Program-made: the position numbers and the translations under genes
Assembly: GCA_965228895.1 (NCBI GenBank)
Contig: OZ245842.1
Span: 4,384,001 to 4,448,000, forward strand
DNA from: Alphaproteobacteria bacterium
GTDB taxonomy: Bacteria > Pseudomonadota > Alphaproteobacteria > SP197
DNA length: 64,000 nt
Direction of reading: 5' to 3'
The notes under the pieces: generated by a model
Database searches by the model: none
Told to the model about the DNA's origin: nothing
The model's input: the letters and a program-made list of their open reading frames with translations, nothing else
Shown here: positions 40,825 through 49,333 of the stretch, piece by piece
How positions within the stretch are numbered: position 1 is the first letter of the stretch
How the letters are laid out: every line of letters starts with the position of its first letter

Positions 40825-40918
40825 GACAGTCCCCTCAACATAATCACGCCCGTCCGACCGCCCCGTCTAGTGATCGAGGCGGTCGGCGGTACGCCGTTTC
40901 TTAGCGGCCGTGCGAGCT

Positions 40919-42739
40919 CTAAAGACCGAGACGCGACAACGTCTCGTTGCTCGGCACACCATCCTCTGTCCAGCCGCGGAACTGGTAATATTCCGGCAGC
41001 ATCTTATCGAGTTCGGCAACCTTGCCCTTGGCGTTGCCGGTCGGCGCCGGCGTTTCCAGCATGCGCTTGGGCAAGGTGTCGTCGGCCTTGGTCAGACCGG
41101 CGCCCAGGTTGAACATGCGCTCCAGGTTGAAGGTCCGCTCGCCGCATTCGGTGATGCGCTCCAGCGTCCAGTCGCCCTCGCACGCCGCGTCGATCTGGGC
41201 GGCGAAGTCCTCGGGACCCCAGGCCGCCGTGGTGAAGAGGCAGAGCCCAGTCGAATCGATCATGGCAACGACGTCCTGGCTCTTCTTCACCGGTTCGGCT
41301 TTGCCGTTGCCCGAAACGTCTTCCATGTCCTCGGCGAAGACATCGTGCTTCAGATGGCAGGCGCCGCGGTTCGACGTGGCGTAGCCCAGACCCATGCCCT
41401 GCAAGGCACGGCTGTCGTAACCCGCGAACTCCTGGCCCTTGACGCCCATGAAGAACTCGGGATGGCCGTACTTCTCGGTGAGCCGCTTGGAGCCGAGCGC
41501 CAGTTCCTTGCCGAAACCCTCGCCCTTGCCGGTCTTCTCGGCCATCACCGCAAGCGCCTCGGCATTGCCGAACTTGAGCTCGATGCCGTCGGTCTGCTCT
41601 TTGGTCAGCGCGCCGACTTCATAGAGCTCCATGGCCGCGGCAAGCGTCACGCCGAACGAGATCGGGTCCATGCCGTGCTCGTTCATCATGAAGTTGGCGA
41701 AGGTCAGCGCGTCGATATCGTCGACGCCGACCACCGGACCGAAGGCATAGGCCGTCTCGTACTCCAGCCCGCCGGAAGCGTGCTGGTATTGCGGCCGGTT
41801 GACGACGGTGAAGTGCTCCTTGTCGATATGCGCGATGCGCCCGCACGCGATGGTGCAGCCGAAGCAGGCCTTGTTGGTGATCAGGTTGACGTGGCCGTGC
41901 TCGTTCTTGGTGATCGCGAAGTTCGGATTGATCTTGCCGGTGCCTTCGAACTGCACCTCGTTGAAGTTGCGGGTCGGCAGGCCGCCCCACTCCTCCATGG
42001 CGTCGATCATCGCCAGCGTGCCTTCCTGGGTCAGGCCCTTGCGACCTTCGCTCTCGGCAAGCTTGGCGTGGGTATCCTTGATCACCTCCATGAACGTCTT
42101 GGGATCGTGAACGGTGACGCCCTTGGTGCCGTGGCAGGCGATCGCCTTCAGGTTCTTCGACCCCATGACGGCGCCGACGCCGGAGCGCCCGGCGGCACGA
42201 TGCAGATCGTTGACGACGCAGGCGTAGTAGACGCCGTTCTCGCCGGCCTCACCGATCGAGGCGACCTTCAACAACGGGTTCTGGTGACGCGCCTTGATCC
42301 ACTCTTCGGTGTGCCAGACGCCGGTGCCCCACAGCTCGTCGGCCGGCAGGATCTCGACGGTGTCGTCGACGATGTGCAGATAGACCGGGCTTTTTGCCCT
42401 GCCTTCCAGAATGATCAGGTCGTAGCCCGCATACTTCATCTCCGCGCCGAACTTGCCGCCGGAGTTCGAGCACGCGATGGCGTTGGTCAGCGGACCCTTG
42501 CACAGCACGGCATATCGCCCGCTGGTCGACGACATCGTGCCGGTCAGCGGTCCCGTCGCGAAGATCAGGACATTGTCCGGGCTCATCGGATCGGCCTTGG
42601 GGTCCATGTTCTCGTAGAGATACTTGGTGCCCAGGCCGCGCTCGCCCATATAGGCCTCGGCCCACTCCATGTTGAGCGGCTCGGACTTGGCCGTGCCCTC
42701 GGTCAGATTGACGCGAAGAACGTTTTTCTGCCATCCCAT
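40919..42739 (-). CDS. aor: Tungsten-type aldehyde:ferredoxin oxidoreductase catalytic subunit (AorB-like)
   Basis: SNSGGKFG, AGRSGVGAVMGSKNLKAI, CFGCTIAC, EYET, GMDPIS, SNRGACH, YYQFRGW. Confidence 0.93.
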   Translation of the reverse strand: MGWQKNVLRVNLTEGTAKSEPLNMEWAEAYMGERGLGTKYLYENMDPKADPMSPDNVLIFATGPLTGTMSSTSGRYAVLCKGPLTNAIACSNSGGKFGAEMKYAGYDLIILEGRAKSPVYLHIVDDTVEILPADELWGTGVWHTEEWIKARHQNPLLKVASIGEAGENGVYYACVVNDLHRAAGRSGVGAVMGSKNLKAIACHGTKGVTVHDPKTFMEVIKDTHAKLAESEGRKGLTQEGTLAMIDAMEEWGGLPTRNFNEVQFEGTGKINPNFAITKNEHGHVNLITNKACFGCTIACGRIAHIDKEHFTVVNRPQYQHASGGLEYETAYAFGPVVGVDDIDALTFANFMMNEHGMDPISFGVTLAAAMELYEVGALTKEQTDGIELKFGNAEALAVMAEKTGKGEGFGKELALGSKRLTEKYGHPEFFMGVKGQEFAGYDSRALQGMGLGYATSNRGACHLKHDVFAEDMEDVSGNGKAEPVKKSQDVVAMIDSTGLCLFTTAAWGPEDFAAQIDAACEGDWTLERITECGERTFNLERMFNLGAGLTKADDTLPKRMLETPAPTGNAKGKVAELDKMLPEYYQFRGWTEDGVPSNETLSRLGL

Positions 42740-42751
42740 GATCGTTCTCCC

Positions 42752-43225
42752 TCAAGCCGCCGGCTGGTTGTCGGTTTTGACGGCCCAGGCCTGCATCCGT
42801 TCGTAACCGGTCCAGGCTGAGTCGACATAGGTGATGGCGTCGGTCGGACAGGCCTCGGCGCATTTCGGATCGCCGTGGCACAGGTCGCATTTGATGACCT
42901 TGCCGGTGTCGGGGTTGTAGTTCACCGTGCCGAACGGACAGGCGATGGTGCAGACCTTGCAGCCCACGCAGACGTCATCGAGCACCTCGACTGCGCCGGT
43001 TTCCGGGCTCCTGACCAGGGCCTCGACGGGGCAGGCATGCAGACACCAGGCTTCCGCGCACTGGGTGCAGGTATAGGGCACGGCGCGCCGGCCGTGCTCG
43101 AATTCGAAGATCTTGATCCGCGACCGCGCCGGATTGAACGTGCCTTCGTGCTCGAACGAACACGCCATCTCACACTGCAAGCAGCTCGTGCACTTTTCCG
43201 GATCGATCAGAAGCGATTTCTGCAT
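42752..43225 (-). CDS. 4x[4Fe-4S] electron-transfer subunit (AorA/DmsB-like)
   Basis: CTSCLQCEMAC, CTQC..AWCLHACP, CVGCKVCTIACP, KCDLC..PKCAEACP. Confidence 0.92.
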   Translation of the reverse strand: MQKSLLIDPEKCTSCLQCEMACSFEHEGTFNPARSRIKIFEFEHGRRAVPYTCTQCAEAWCLHACPVEALVRSPETGAVEVLDDVCVGCKVCTIACPFGTVNYNPDTGKVIKCDLCHGDPKCAEACPTDAITYVDSAWTGYERMQAWAVKTDNQPAA

Positions 43226-43369
43226 GGTGGACCCCTTGTTCAACGCATGACATCGACCCCCTGGCCGGCATCCTGAAACCCGCCGAGGGCCTTCCTCACC
43301 ATCTTAGACCGGTTTGATCGCGTCTGTGTAGAGCCGGCATGTCGATTACCCTGACAATTCAGGGGCCTT

Positions 43370-43636
43370 TCAGCGATAGATGGCCGCACCGAGTTCGCGC
43401 TTCTTCGCGGCCCACGCCTCAGGGTTGAGCATGACAATGCCGTAGCGCGCGACCAGCGCCTCGATCGCACCGTCGCGGATCTGATGGTACTGGGTGAGCT
43501 GGCCGGGCTCGGCGACGACGATGAAATCGGGACCGGCATCGATGTGACCGGCGACCGCCCTGGCGCCATCCGGGCTCATCACCGTCACAAGCCGGCCCCA
43601 CCCGTGGGTGATCCCTCTGAGACCATAAAGCTCCAT
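43370..43636 (-). CDS. Hypothetical 88-aa protein upstream of aorA
   Basis: Fills an otherwise empty gap, is co-oriented with the aor operon and has host-like codons; no recognisable motif. Confidence 0.45.
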   Translation of the reverse strand: MELYGLRGITHGWGRLVTVMSPDGARAVAGHIDAGPDFIVVAEPGQLTQYHQIRDGAIEALVARYGIVMLNPEAWAAKKRELGAAIYR

Positions 43637-43781
43637 CGCGTGATCAGTTCGTTTCCCAAAAAGTTGCCTCTCGACAAACAGAGCATGGCGAGGGCCTGAT
43701 GGACCAGTTTGGCGGGGGCGCCTTACCGGAATGTGAAGGTGGTGTGCGGCCTCGTCCAGTACCACGGCGAGAACTCTGCGT

Positions 43782-44954
43782 ATGAAACCGTTGCCCGCTC
43801 TGATCGCCGTCCTGCTCGTCACCACGAGCCTGGGGTCGATCCACGCGTTCAGCGTGATCGTCGCGCCGCTCGAGGCGCGATTCGGCGCCAGCCGGGGCGA
43901 TGTCAGCCTGGCCTATTCGCTCGCCCTGATCAGCCTGACCGTCGCCGTCTTGTTCGGTCACAAGATCTATCACCGCCTGACGCCGGCACTGATTGGCGGC
44001 GGCGCCTGTCTTCTCGCCGCCACAGGCCTGGTCGTGTCCGCCGTCGCGCCGGCCCTGATCTTGGTCTACCTCGCCTACGGCATCCTGTTCGGTTTCGCCA
44101 ATGGCGTCGGTTACGGCTTTTCGCTGATCGCGTCGGCGCGCGCCTTTCCGCAGCGCCAAGGCATGGCCATGGGCCTGGTGACAGCGTGTTATGCGGTCGG
44201 CGCGATCGTCTTCGCCCAGGTGCTGAAGCTCGTCTACGACCCCATGGGCCTGACCGCCGCGCTGATCGTGAATGCCGGCGCGATCGCCGCCTGCGGCGTG
44301 GTCGCCGCCATCTTGCTGCAACGATCGGGCCTGCGCATGGGTCATGCCGCCACGACAGCGGCAGCCGGCATCCAGGGCGATATCAAGCCCGTCGCTCTGC
44401 TGTGGCTGGGTTTCGGTTTCGGCTGCACGGCCGGGGTCGTGGCGATCAGCCATGCCGCCGGTGTGGTCACCGAGCTCGGCGGCAGCGACCATCTGGCCGT
44501 TCTGGGTGTCATGCTGATCGGCTTCGGCAACGCCGTGGGCGGCCTGCTGATTGCCGGTCTGGCCGACCGTCTGCCATTGCGGCTCCTCCTGGTTGGCCTG
44601 CCCAGCCTCTCGACGGCCGGCTTGCTCGCGCTCGCTGCACTCAACGCACCGGTGCCAGCTGTCGTGTGCCTCGCCGTCATTGGTCTGGCCTATGGCGGGA
44701 TCGCGGCGATCTATCCGGTCGCCACGACACGGCGGTTCGGTATCGACCGCACGCCCAGGATCTATGGCCTGATCTTCACGGCCTGGGGCGTCGCCGGATT
44801 TGTCGGCCCTTGGCTCGCGGGCGTGATCTACGACGTCGAGGGCGGATACCAAACCGCCTTGGTGCTGGCAGCGGTCGCGGCAGTTATCTCAGCGGGTGCG
44901 ACTACGTGTCTGCGTCTTTCCCGGCAGGATCAATCGGAGACACTCAAAACCTAG
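43782..44954 (+). CDS. MFS transporter (OFA-like)
   Basis: About 12 TM segments; GFANGVGY; GLADRLP; YGLIFTAWG. Confidence 0.85.
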   Translation: MKPLPALIAVLLVTTSLGSIHAFSVIVAPLEARFGASRGDVSLAYSLALISLTVAVLFGHKIYHRLTPALIGGGACLLAATGLVVSAVAPALILVYLAYGILFGFANGVGYGFSLIASARAFPQRQGMAMGLVTACYAVGAIVFAQVLKLVYDPMGLTAALIVNAGAIAACGVVAAILLQRSGLRMGHAATTAAAGIQGDIKPVALLWLGFGFGCTAGVVAISHAAGVVTELGGSDHLAVLGVMLIGFGNAVGGLLIAGLADRLPLRLLLVGLPSLSTAGLLALAALNAPVPAVVCLAVIGLAYGGIAAIYPVATTRRFGIDRTPRIYGLIFTAWGVAGFVGPWLAGVIYDVEGGYQTALVLAAVAAVISAGATTCLRLSRQDQSETLKT

Positions 44955-44959
44955 CTCCG

Positions 44960-46264
44960 TCAGGAGTCGCGGCCGGCAAAGAGCTCCGCCTTGGCGATCT
45001 CCAACCGGGCGCCGATGCCGGTCAACCAACGCGGCGGTAGGCGAACCGGCTCGTCGAACTTCAGCATGTCACTGACGATCTCCGAATCCTCGCCGACCGC
45101 CAGTTCGGCGACAGCGCGCCCTTGGATCGTGCCCTTGGCCGCGCCGACGCCGTTCTGGCACACTGCCGACCAGACGCCGTCGTCAAGCACGCCGAACTTC
45201 GGCGCGTGGTTGCGCGTCATGCACATGGCGCCGCCCCAGCTGTGCTCGAACGTGACGTCCGGCAGCATGGGGAAACGTTCGCGGAAGGTCTTGATGTGAC
45301 CACGATAGACGCCGCGGCGCTGGGCATCATGGCTGTAGCAATCCGGCGTGTAACGAACGCCCTTGCGAATCAACAGGCGCTTGTCCTGGGTATAGCGCAT
45401 GGTCGTTCCGCCCATGGTGGCGGGGATGACGCCCCAGTCGCCCTCGCCGCCGAGGTCAGCCTGCTCGGCCTCGGTCAGCGGGCGGGTCAGGCTGGCATAG
45501 GTGAAGATGACGATGAAATGGTTGGTGAAGTAACCGAATGCCGGCGTCCAGCCATTGGTCGCCAGGATGACATGGGGGGTCTTGAGCGATCCGTGCGCGG
45601 TCGTCAGCGTCTTGGTTGGTCCTTTGTCGAACGCTTCGACGGGCGAGTCTTCGTAGACCGTGACGTTCTCCGGCATGGTCGCCGCCAGACCACGCACCAA
45701 GGCCGCCGGCTGCATCAAGATGTTCTCAGGCGTCCAGACCGCATCGTGGAAGTGAGCGGTGCCCAAGTATTGCGTCGCACGCTCCGCGTTCCACCGCTCG
45801 TAGCTTTCGCCGAGCATATCCAGACCTTGACAATACGCGTCCAGCGCCACGACCCCGTTCGCCGTCGCCGCCGCGTGCACCTTGCCGCGCACGCTCCACT
45901 GACACTGGATCTGGTGGTTCTGCACGATGTCCGACAACCAGGCGATGGCCGTGCGGTTCAAACGCATCTGGCGGAAGTCGCGCTCGGGATCGTCCATCTC
46001 GATGTTGTGCGGGAGATCGATGATGAAACCGGAGTTGCGGCCCGACGCGTTGCGGCCGATCCGCTGCGCCTCGACCAACGCGACCTTGTCGTTGGGGCGC
46101 AGTTCGCCCAGACGGCGCGCCGCGCCAAGCCCGGCGAAACCGGCGCCGACGACGACCCAATCGGCCTGTTGGTCGCCGGTCAACACATTGGGCGCACCGT
46201 GATCCGGCAGGATCTCGTACCAGCCGTTGGTTTTGTCATCACGCGGCAGATTGGTGACCCGCAT
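44960..46264 (-). CDS. FAD-dependent amine oxidoreductase (DAO/PuuB-OrdL-like)
   Basis: GAGFAG, ASGRNSGF, ATNG, WGG, QNGVGAAKG. Confidence 0.88.
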   Translation of the reverse strand: MRVTNLPRDDKTNGWYEILPDHGAPNVLTGDQQADWVVVGAGFAGLGAARRLGELRPNDKVALVEAQRIGRNASGRNSGFIIDLPHNIEMDDPERDFRQMRLNRTAIAWLSDIVQNHQIQCQWSVRGKVHAAATANGVVALDAYCQGLDMLGESYERWNAERATQYLGTAHFHDAVWTPENILMQPAALVRGLAATMPENVTVYEDSPVEAFDKGPTKTLTTAHGSLKTPHVILATNGWTPAFGYFTNHFIVIFTYASLTRPLTEAEQADLGGEGDWGVIPATMGGTTMRYTQDKRLLIRKGVRYTPDCYSHDAQRRGVYRGHIKTFRERFPMLPDVTFEHSWGGAMCMTRNHAPKFGVLDDGVWSAVCQNGVGAAKGTIQGRAVAELAVGEDSEIVSDMLKFDEPVRLPPRWLTGIGARLEIAKAELFAGRDS

Positions 46265-46375
46265 CGTTCGACTCCTGGACTACGCCCGGAAGAGAGTTAG
46301 TCACCGGGAGCGTCGGGGGTCAAACAGGAAGTTGTCGCCTCTGGATCGTTCGCCGGCGCAATGAGAAGGCGAGGC

Positions 46376-46921
46376 TTAGAGGCTGCTTTGAATCGCCGCG
46401 ATGACCTCTTCGGGTTTCGGGTTGGTGACGCCGGAATCACGAACATGGATAAAGTGCAGCGACGACGCACCGTCGCGGTCGAAGACAAGCACGGTCGGTA
46501 TGCGCGCGACATTGCCAAAGGCTTCCGCGACCGCATCGTTACCGGCGACGACGGAGAACGCGGGATCGTATGTGGCAATGAACTCCTGCAACCGTTCGCC
46601 GCCATCCTCGAACCGGCCCGCCTGTTCAAAGCGGTTGATGGCGATGATCTCGACACCCTGGTCATGATACGCCTCGTAGAGCTCATTCAGGTGCATGAAC
46701 TCGGTATGGCAGGGCGGGCACCAGCTGGCAAAGAACGTCACGACAACAACCTTCCCGTTGAGGCCTTCCTGGGTGACCGGCGGACCACTGATCGCATCGA
46801 GCGAGGCGACAAGCTGCTTGGTGTCGTCCGACAAGGCAACCGGCTCGTCGGCGGCTAGCGCCATCGGCGGAAGCAAGGCCGCGGCAAGGAGAACGACAAG
46901 GTTTCGAAACGACGTCACCAT
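46376..46921 (-). CDS. Exported TlpA-like thioredoxin
   Basis: Signal peptide; FFASWCPPC; IPT. Confidence 0.85.
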   Translation of the reverse strand: MVTSFRNLVVLLAAALLPPMALAADEPVALSDDTKQLVASLDAISGPPVTQEGLNGKVVVVTFFASWCPPCHTEFMHLNELYEAYHDQGVEIIAINRFEQAGRFEDGGERLQEFIATYDPAFSVVAGNDAVAEAFGNVARIPTVLVFDRDGASSLHFIHVRDSGVTNPKPEEVIAAIQSSL

Positions 46922-47003
46922 GACATTAAGATAATGATCTCAGCGCCCGGCGTCGTGGTTCCACGCGGTATCGACACGACAATGTGAAGGCATGTCAACG
47001 GGC

Positions 47004-47384
47004 TCACAAAGCGCGATGATCAGTGCCCTCTCCCGGTGTGATGAAAACGAGATCGCCGGGTTTGCGCATCACGATTCGGTGCCACACACCTTGAGGCACG
47101 ATAAAGGCTTGGCCAGCGTCAAGCGGCACGCGCCGCTCGCCCTCCGGCTGATCGAGGACGACATCGACCGCGCCGGACAACAACACCAACACCTCGCCGC
47201 CGGCCGGATGCCGCTCCCAATGCTCGATGTCACCGCTGATGTGCGATGCGGTGATCATGCGGCCATCATAGACGCGCTCACCCGCCATCAGCTCCCGCCA
47301 GAAGGTGTCGGTGACCGGGACCGGGTGCGCGCCGTCGCGGCTATCCAGATGCACAAAGGTGGTGAAGAGATCGAAGGTCGACAT
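47004..47384 (-). CDS. Cupin domain protein
   Basis: WERHPAGGEVLVLLSG...IVPQGVWH. Confidence 0.85.
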   Translation of the reverse strand: MSTFDLFTTFVHLDSRDGAHPVPVTDTFWRELMAGERVYDGRMITASHISGDIEHWERHPAGGEVLVLLSGAVDVVLDQPEGERRVPLDAGQAFIVPQGVWHRIVMRKPGDLVFITPGEGTDHRAL

Positions 47385-47396
47385 GGCGAGCCGGGC

Positions 47397-47780
47397 CTAC
47401 GTCTTTTTGCGCGGCGTGACTGTCGGATGCTCGTCGGTCTTGCTGCCCGACGGTGAATTGGCGGCCGGGGCGACGGCAAAGAAGAAGGTCGCCTTCGCAT
47501 CGGCTTCGTAAGTCAACTCGGTGCCTTCGGGCAGCCACATGATGTCGCCCGGTCCCATCTCGTGCACATCATCTCCGACGACGATCCGCATGGTTCCGTC
47601 GATGCCGAACAGCATTTCGTCATAGGTGACGGTCCAGGGGATGCTGCAGTTCTCGAACACGCCGATGCCGCCGCCCAGCTTTTGGCTCACCGCGCCGTTG
47701 ACGGTCGCGATCACGTTGCCGCCGCCTTCGCCCGGTGTCAGGTCGAAATCGAAACCACGGAACATCTTGGCTTCACTCAT
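47397..47780 (-). CDS. EutQ-like cupin
   Basis: LGGG, IPWTVTYDE, GPGDIMWLPEG. Confidence 0.8.
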   Translation of the reverse strand: MSEAKMFRGFDFDLTPGEGGGNVIATVNGAVSQKLGGGIGVFENCSIPWTVTYDEMLFGIDGTMRIVVGDDVHEMGPGDIMWLPEGTELTYEADAKATFFFAVAPAANSPSGSKTDEHPTVTPRKKT

Positions 47781-47783
47781 GAG

Positions 47784-49169
47784 TTATGCGTCCCCCTCTG
47801 GTCGATCGCCCGAGACTACCACACGCTCCGACGGCCGGCTGAACCACGCCAATGCAACAAGGCCTATCACCAGACACGTCGCCGCCGTGACACCAAATAC
47901 AAGCTGATAGTCATTCGTCATGACAAGGATGATGCCCAGGATCGTCATGCCGATGGTGCCGCCAAGCAACTGACTGGTCAGCATGACGCCACCGGCCTGG
48001 CCTTGCTTTTCGATGGGCAGCGCGTTGGCAACCGCGCGCATGGGCGGCACGAAGAGAACGGGTTGGGTCAACCCGATCAGGAGGAGACCCGGCACCATGA
48101 TCATCAGGCCGGCGCCGTCCGCGGTCGCCGCGAGCCAGACGAAACTGATGAAGATGGCGGCGAGGCCGATGAGGGCCGGCCGGCGCTCGGCGAAGCGGTC
48201 GGTGATCGGACCAATGAAAAAAGCCGAGAACGGTAACGGCACGACCGCCCACAGCATGGCGAGGCCCGCCTCGATCGCGCTCATGCCGAGTGTGTGCTGG
48301 AAGTAGACGGCGCCAAAGATGAAAATCGACGTTTTCGAGAACTGACCCATGAAGATGATCAGATTGGCCGACGACATCGTTCGGTTCGCGAACAGATCGA
48401 TTTCGATCAGCGGCGCGCGGGCCTTGAACTCGGCCACGACGAACGCGACGAGCGACAAGACGCCGACCACGATCAGCGCAAGCACGGGAAGGCTGATCCA
48501 ACCCCAGTCCGGCCCCTGCATCAGACCCATCACCAGCAGACCCACACCGGCGACCAGCGTTATCAGGCCGGGTTTATCGACGCGCGGTGCGTCACCCTGA
48601 CGCGGCGGATCGCGCCAGAAAGCGAGCACGAGAGCGGCAATCGCAACGACGAGGAACGGGTTGACCCAGAAGATCCAACGCCATGAAAGATACTCGGTGA
48701 AAGCACCGCCCAAGAGTGGTCCGCAGGCAAGGAAGATCGTGCCCGTGGTGCCGTAGATGCCAAGCGCCAGACCCCGTTGCTCAGGCGGGAAGACGATCAT
48801 CATCATGGCCATGGAGCCCGGCAATACGATGGCCGCGCCGATACCTTGCAGGGCACGCGCTACGATGATCCACGTCTCGTTCTGCGCGAAACCCGCAGCG
48901 ATCGAGGTCACGCCAAAAATGATGAGACCCAGGATGAAAAATCGCCTGAGTCCGACCATGTCGCCGAACTTGCCCATGGCGGCCGCGAGCGCGGCAAAGA
49001 CGACCAAATAAGCATTGACGACCCAATGGGAGCCGGTTTCGCTCAAGCCGAGATCGCGGCGCATGGTCGGCAGGGCGACACCGACGATGGTCTCGTCGAG
49101 CACCATGAGGCCGAGGGAAGCACCCATGGCGATAAGAATGACCCACTTGTGGCTCTTACTTTCGGCCAT
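47784..49169 (-). CDS. DHA2 (14-TM) MFS transporter
   Basis: LDETIVGVALP, GKFGDMVGLRR, ARALQGIG, GPLLGG, WRWIFWVN. Confidence 0.9.
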   Translation of the reverse strand: MAESKSHKWVILIAMGASLGLMVLDETIVGVALPTMRRDLGLSETGSHWVVNAYLVVFAALAAAMGKFGDMVGLRRFFILGLIIFGVTSIAAGFAQNETWIIVARALQGIGAAIVLPGSMAMMMIVFPPEQRGLALGIYGTTGTIFLACGPLLGGAFTEYLSWRWIFWVNPFLVVAIAALVLAFWRDPPRQGDAPRVDKPGLITLVAGVGLLVMGLMQGPDWGWISLPVLALIVVGVLSLVAFVVAEFKARAPLIEIDLFANRTMSSANLIIFMGQFSKTSIFIFGAVYFQHTLGMSAIEAGLAMLWAVVPLPFSAFFIGPITDRFAERRPALIGLAAIFISFVWLAATADGAGLMIMVPGLLLIGLTQPVLFVPPMRAVANALPIEKQGQAGGVMLTSQLLGGTIGMTILGIILVMTNDYQLVFGVTAATCLVIGLVALAWFSRPSERVVVSGDRPEGDA

Positions 49170-49192
49170 GCCCCTCAACTGCCTCAACGCGC

Positions 49193-49333
49193 CTAGAGCG
49201 GATCATGGTTAAGGGGAAGTCCTGCGCGCTTCCCCTTAACCATGTGAATCCGCTCGCCATCTACGAATAGAGCAGATTCACCCGTTTCAATGGCATCGCC
49301 AAGCGATCCCATCAAAAACAGGATCTACTCTAG
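49193..49333. repeat. 141-bp CIR/RIME-like double-hairpin intergenic repeat, copy 1
   Basis: CTAGAG...CTCTAG ends, two hairpins, GANTC sites at 49246 and 49275; homologous to 56393-56533 in the opposite orientation. Confidence 0.85.

Noticed and set aside
40910-42820. Long 636-aa plus-strand ORF (similar cases at 11116-12795, 27576-29066, 50491-51933, 39898-41112)
   Set aside because: These are antisense shadows of well-supported genes (aor, kup, frmA, Rieske, aorC), expected in high-GC DNA, and show no motifs.
43226-43369. Sigma54 or FNR site upstream of aorA
   Set aside because: No convincing TGGCAC-N5-TTGC or TTGAT-N4-ATCAA match.
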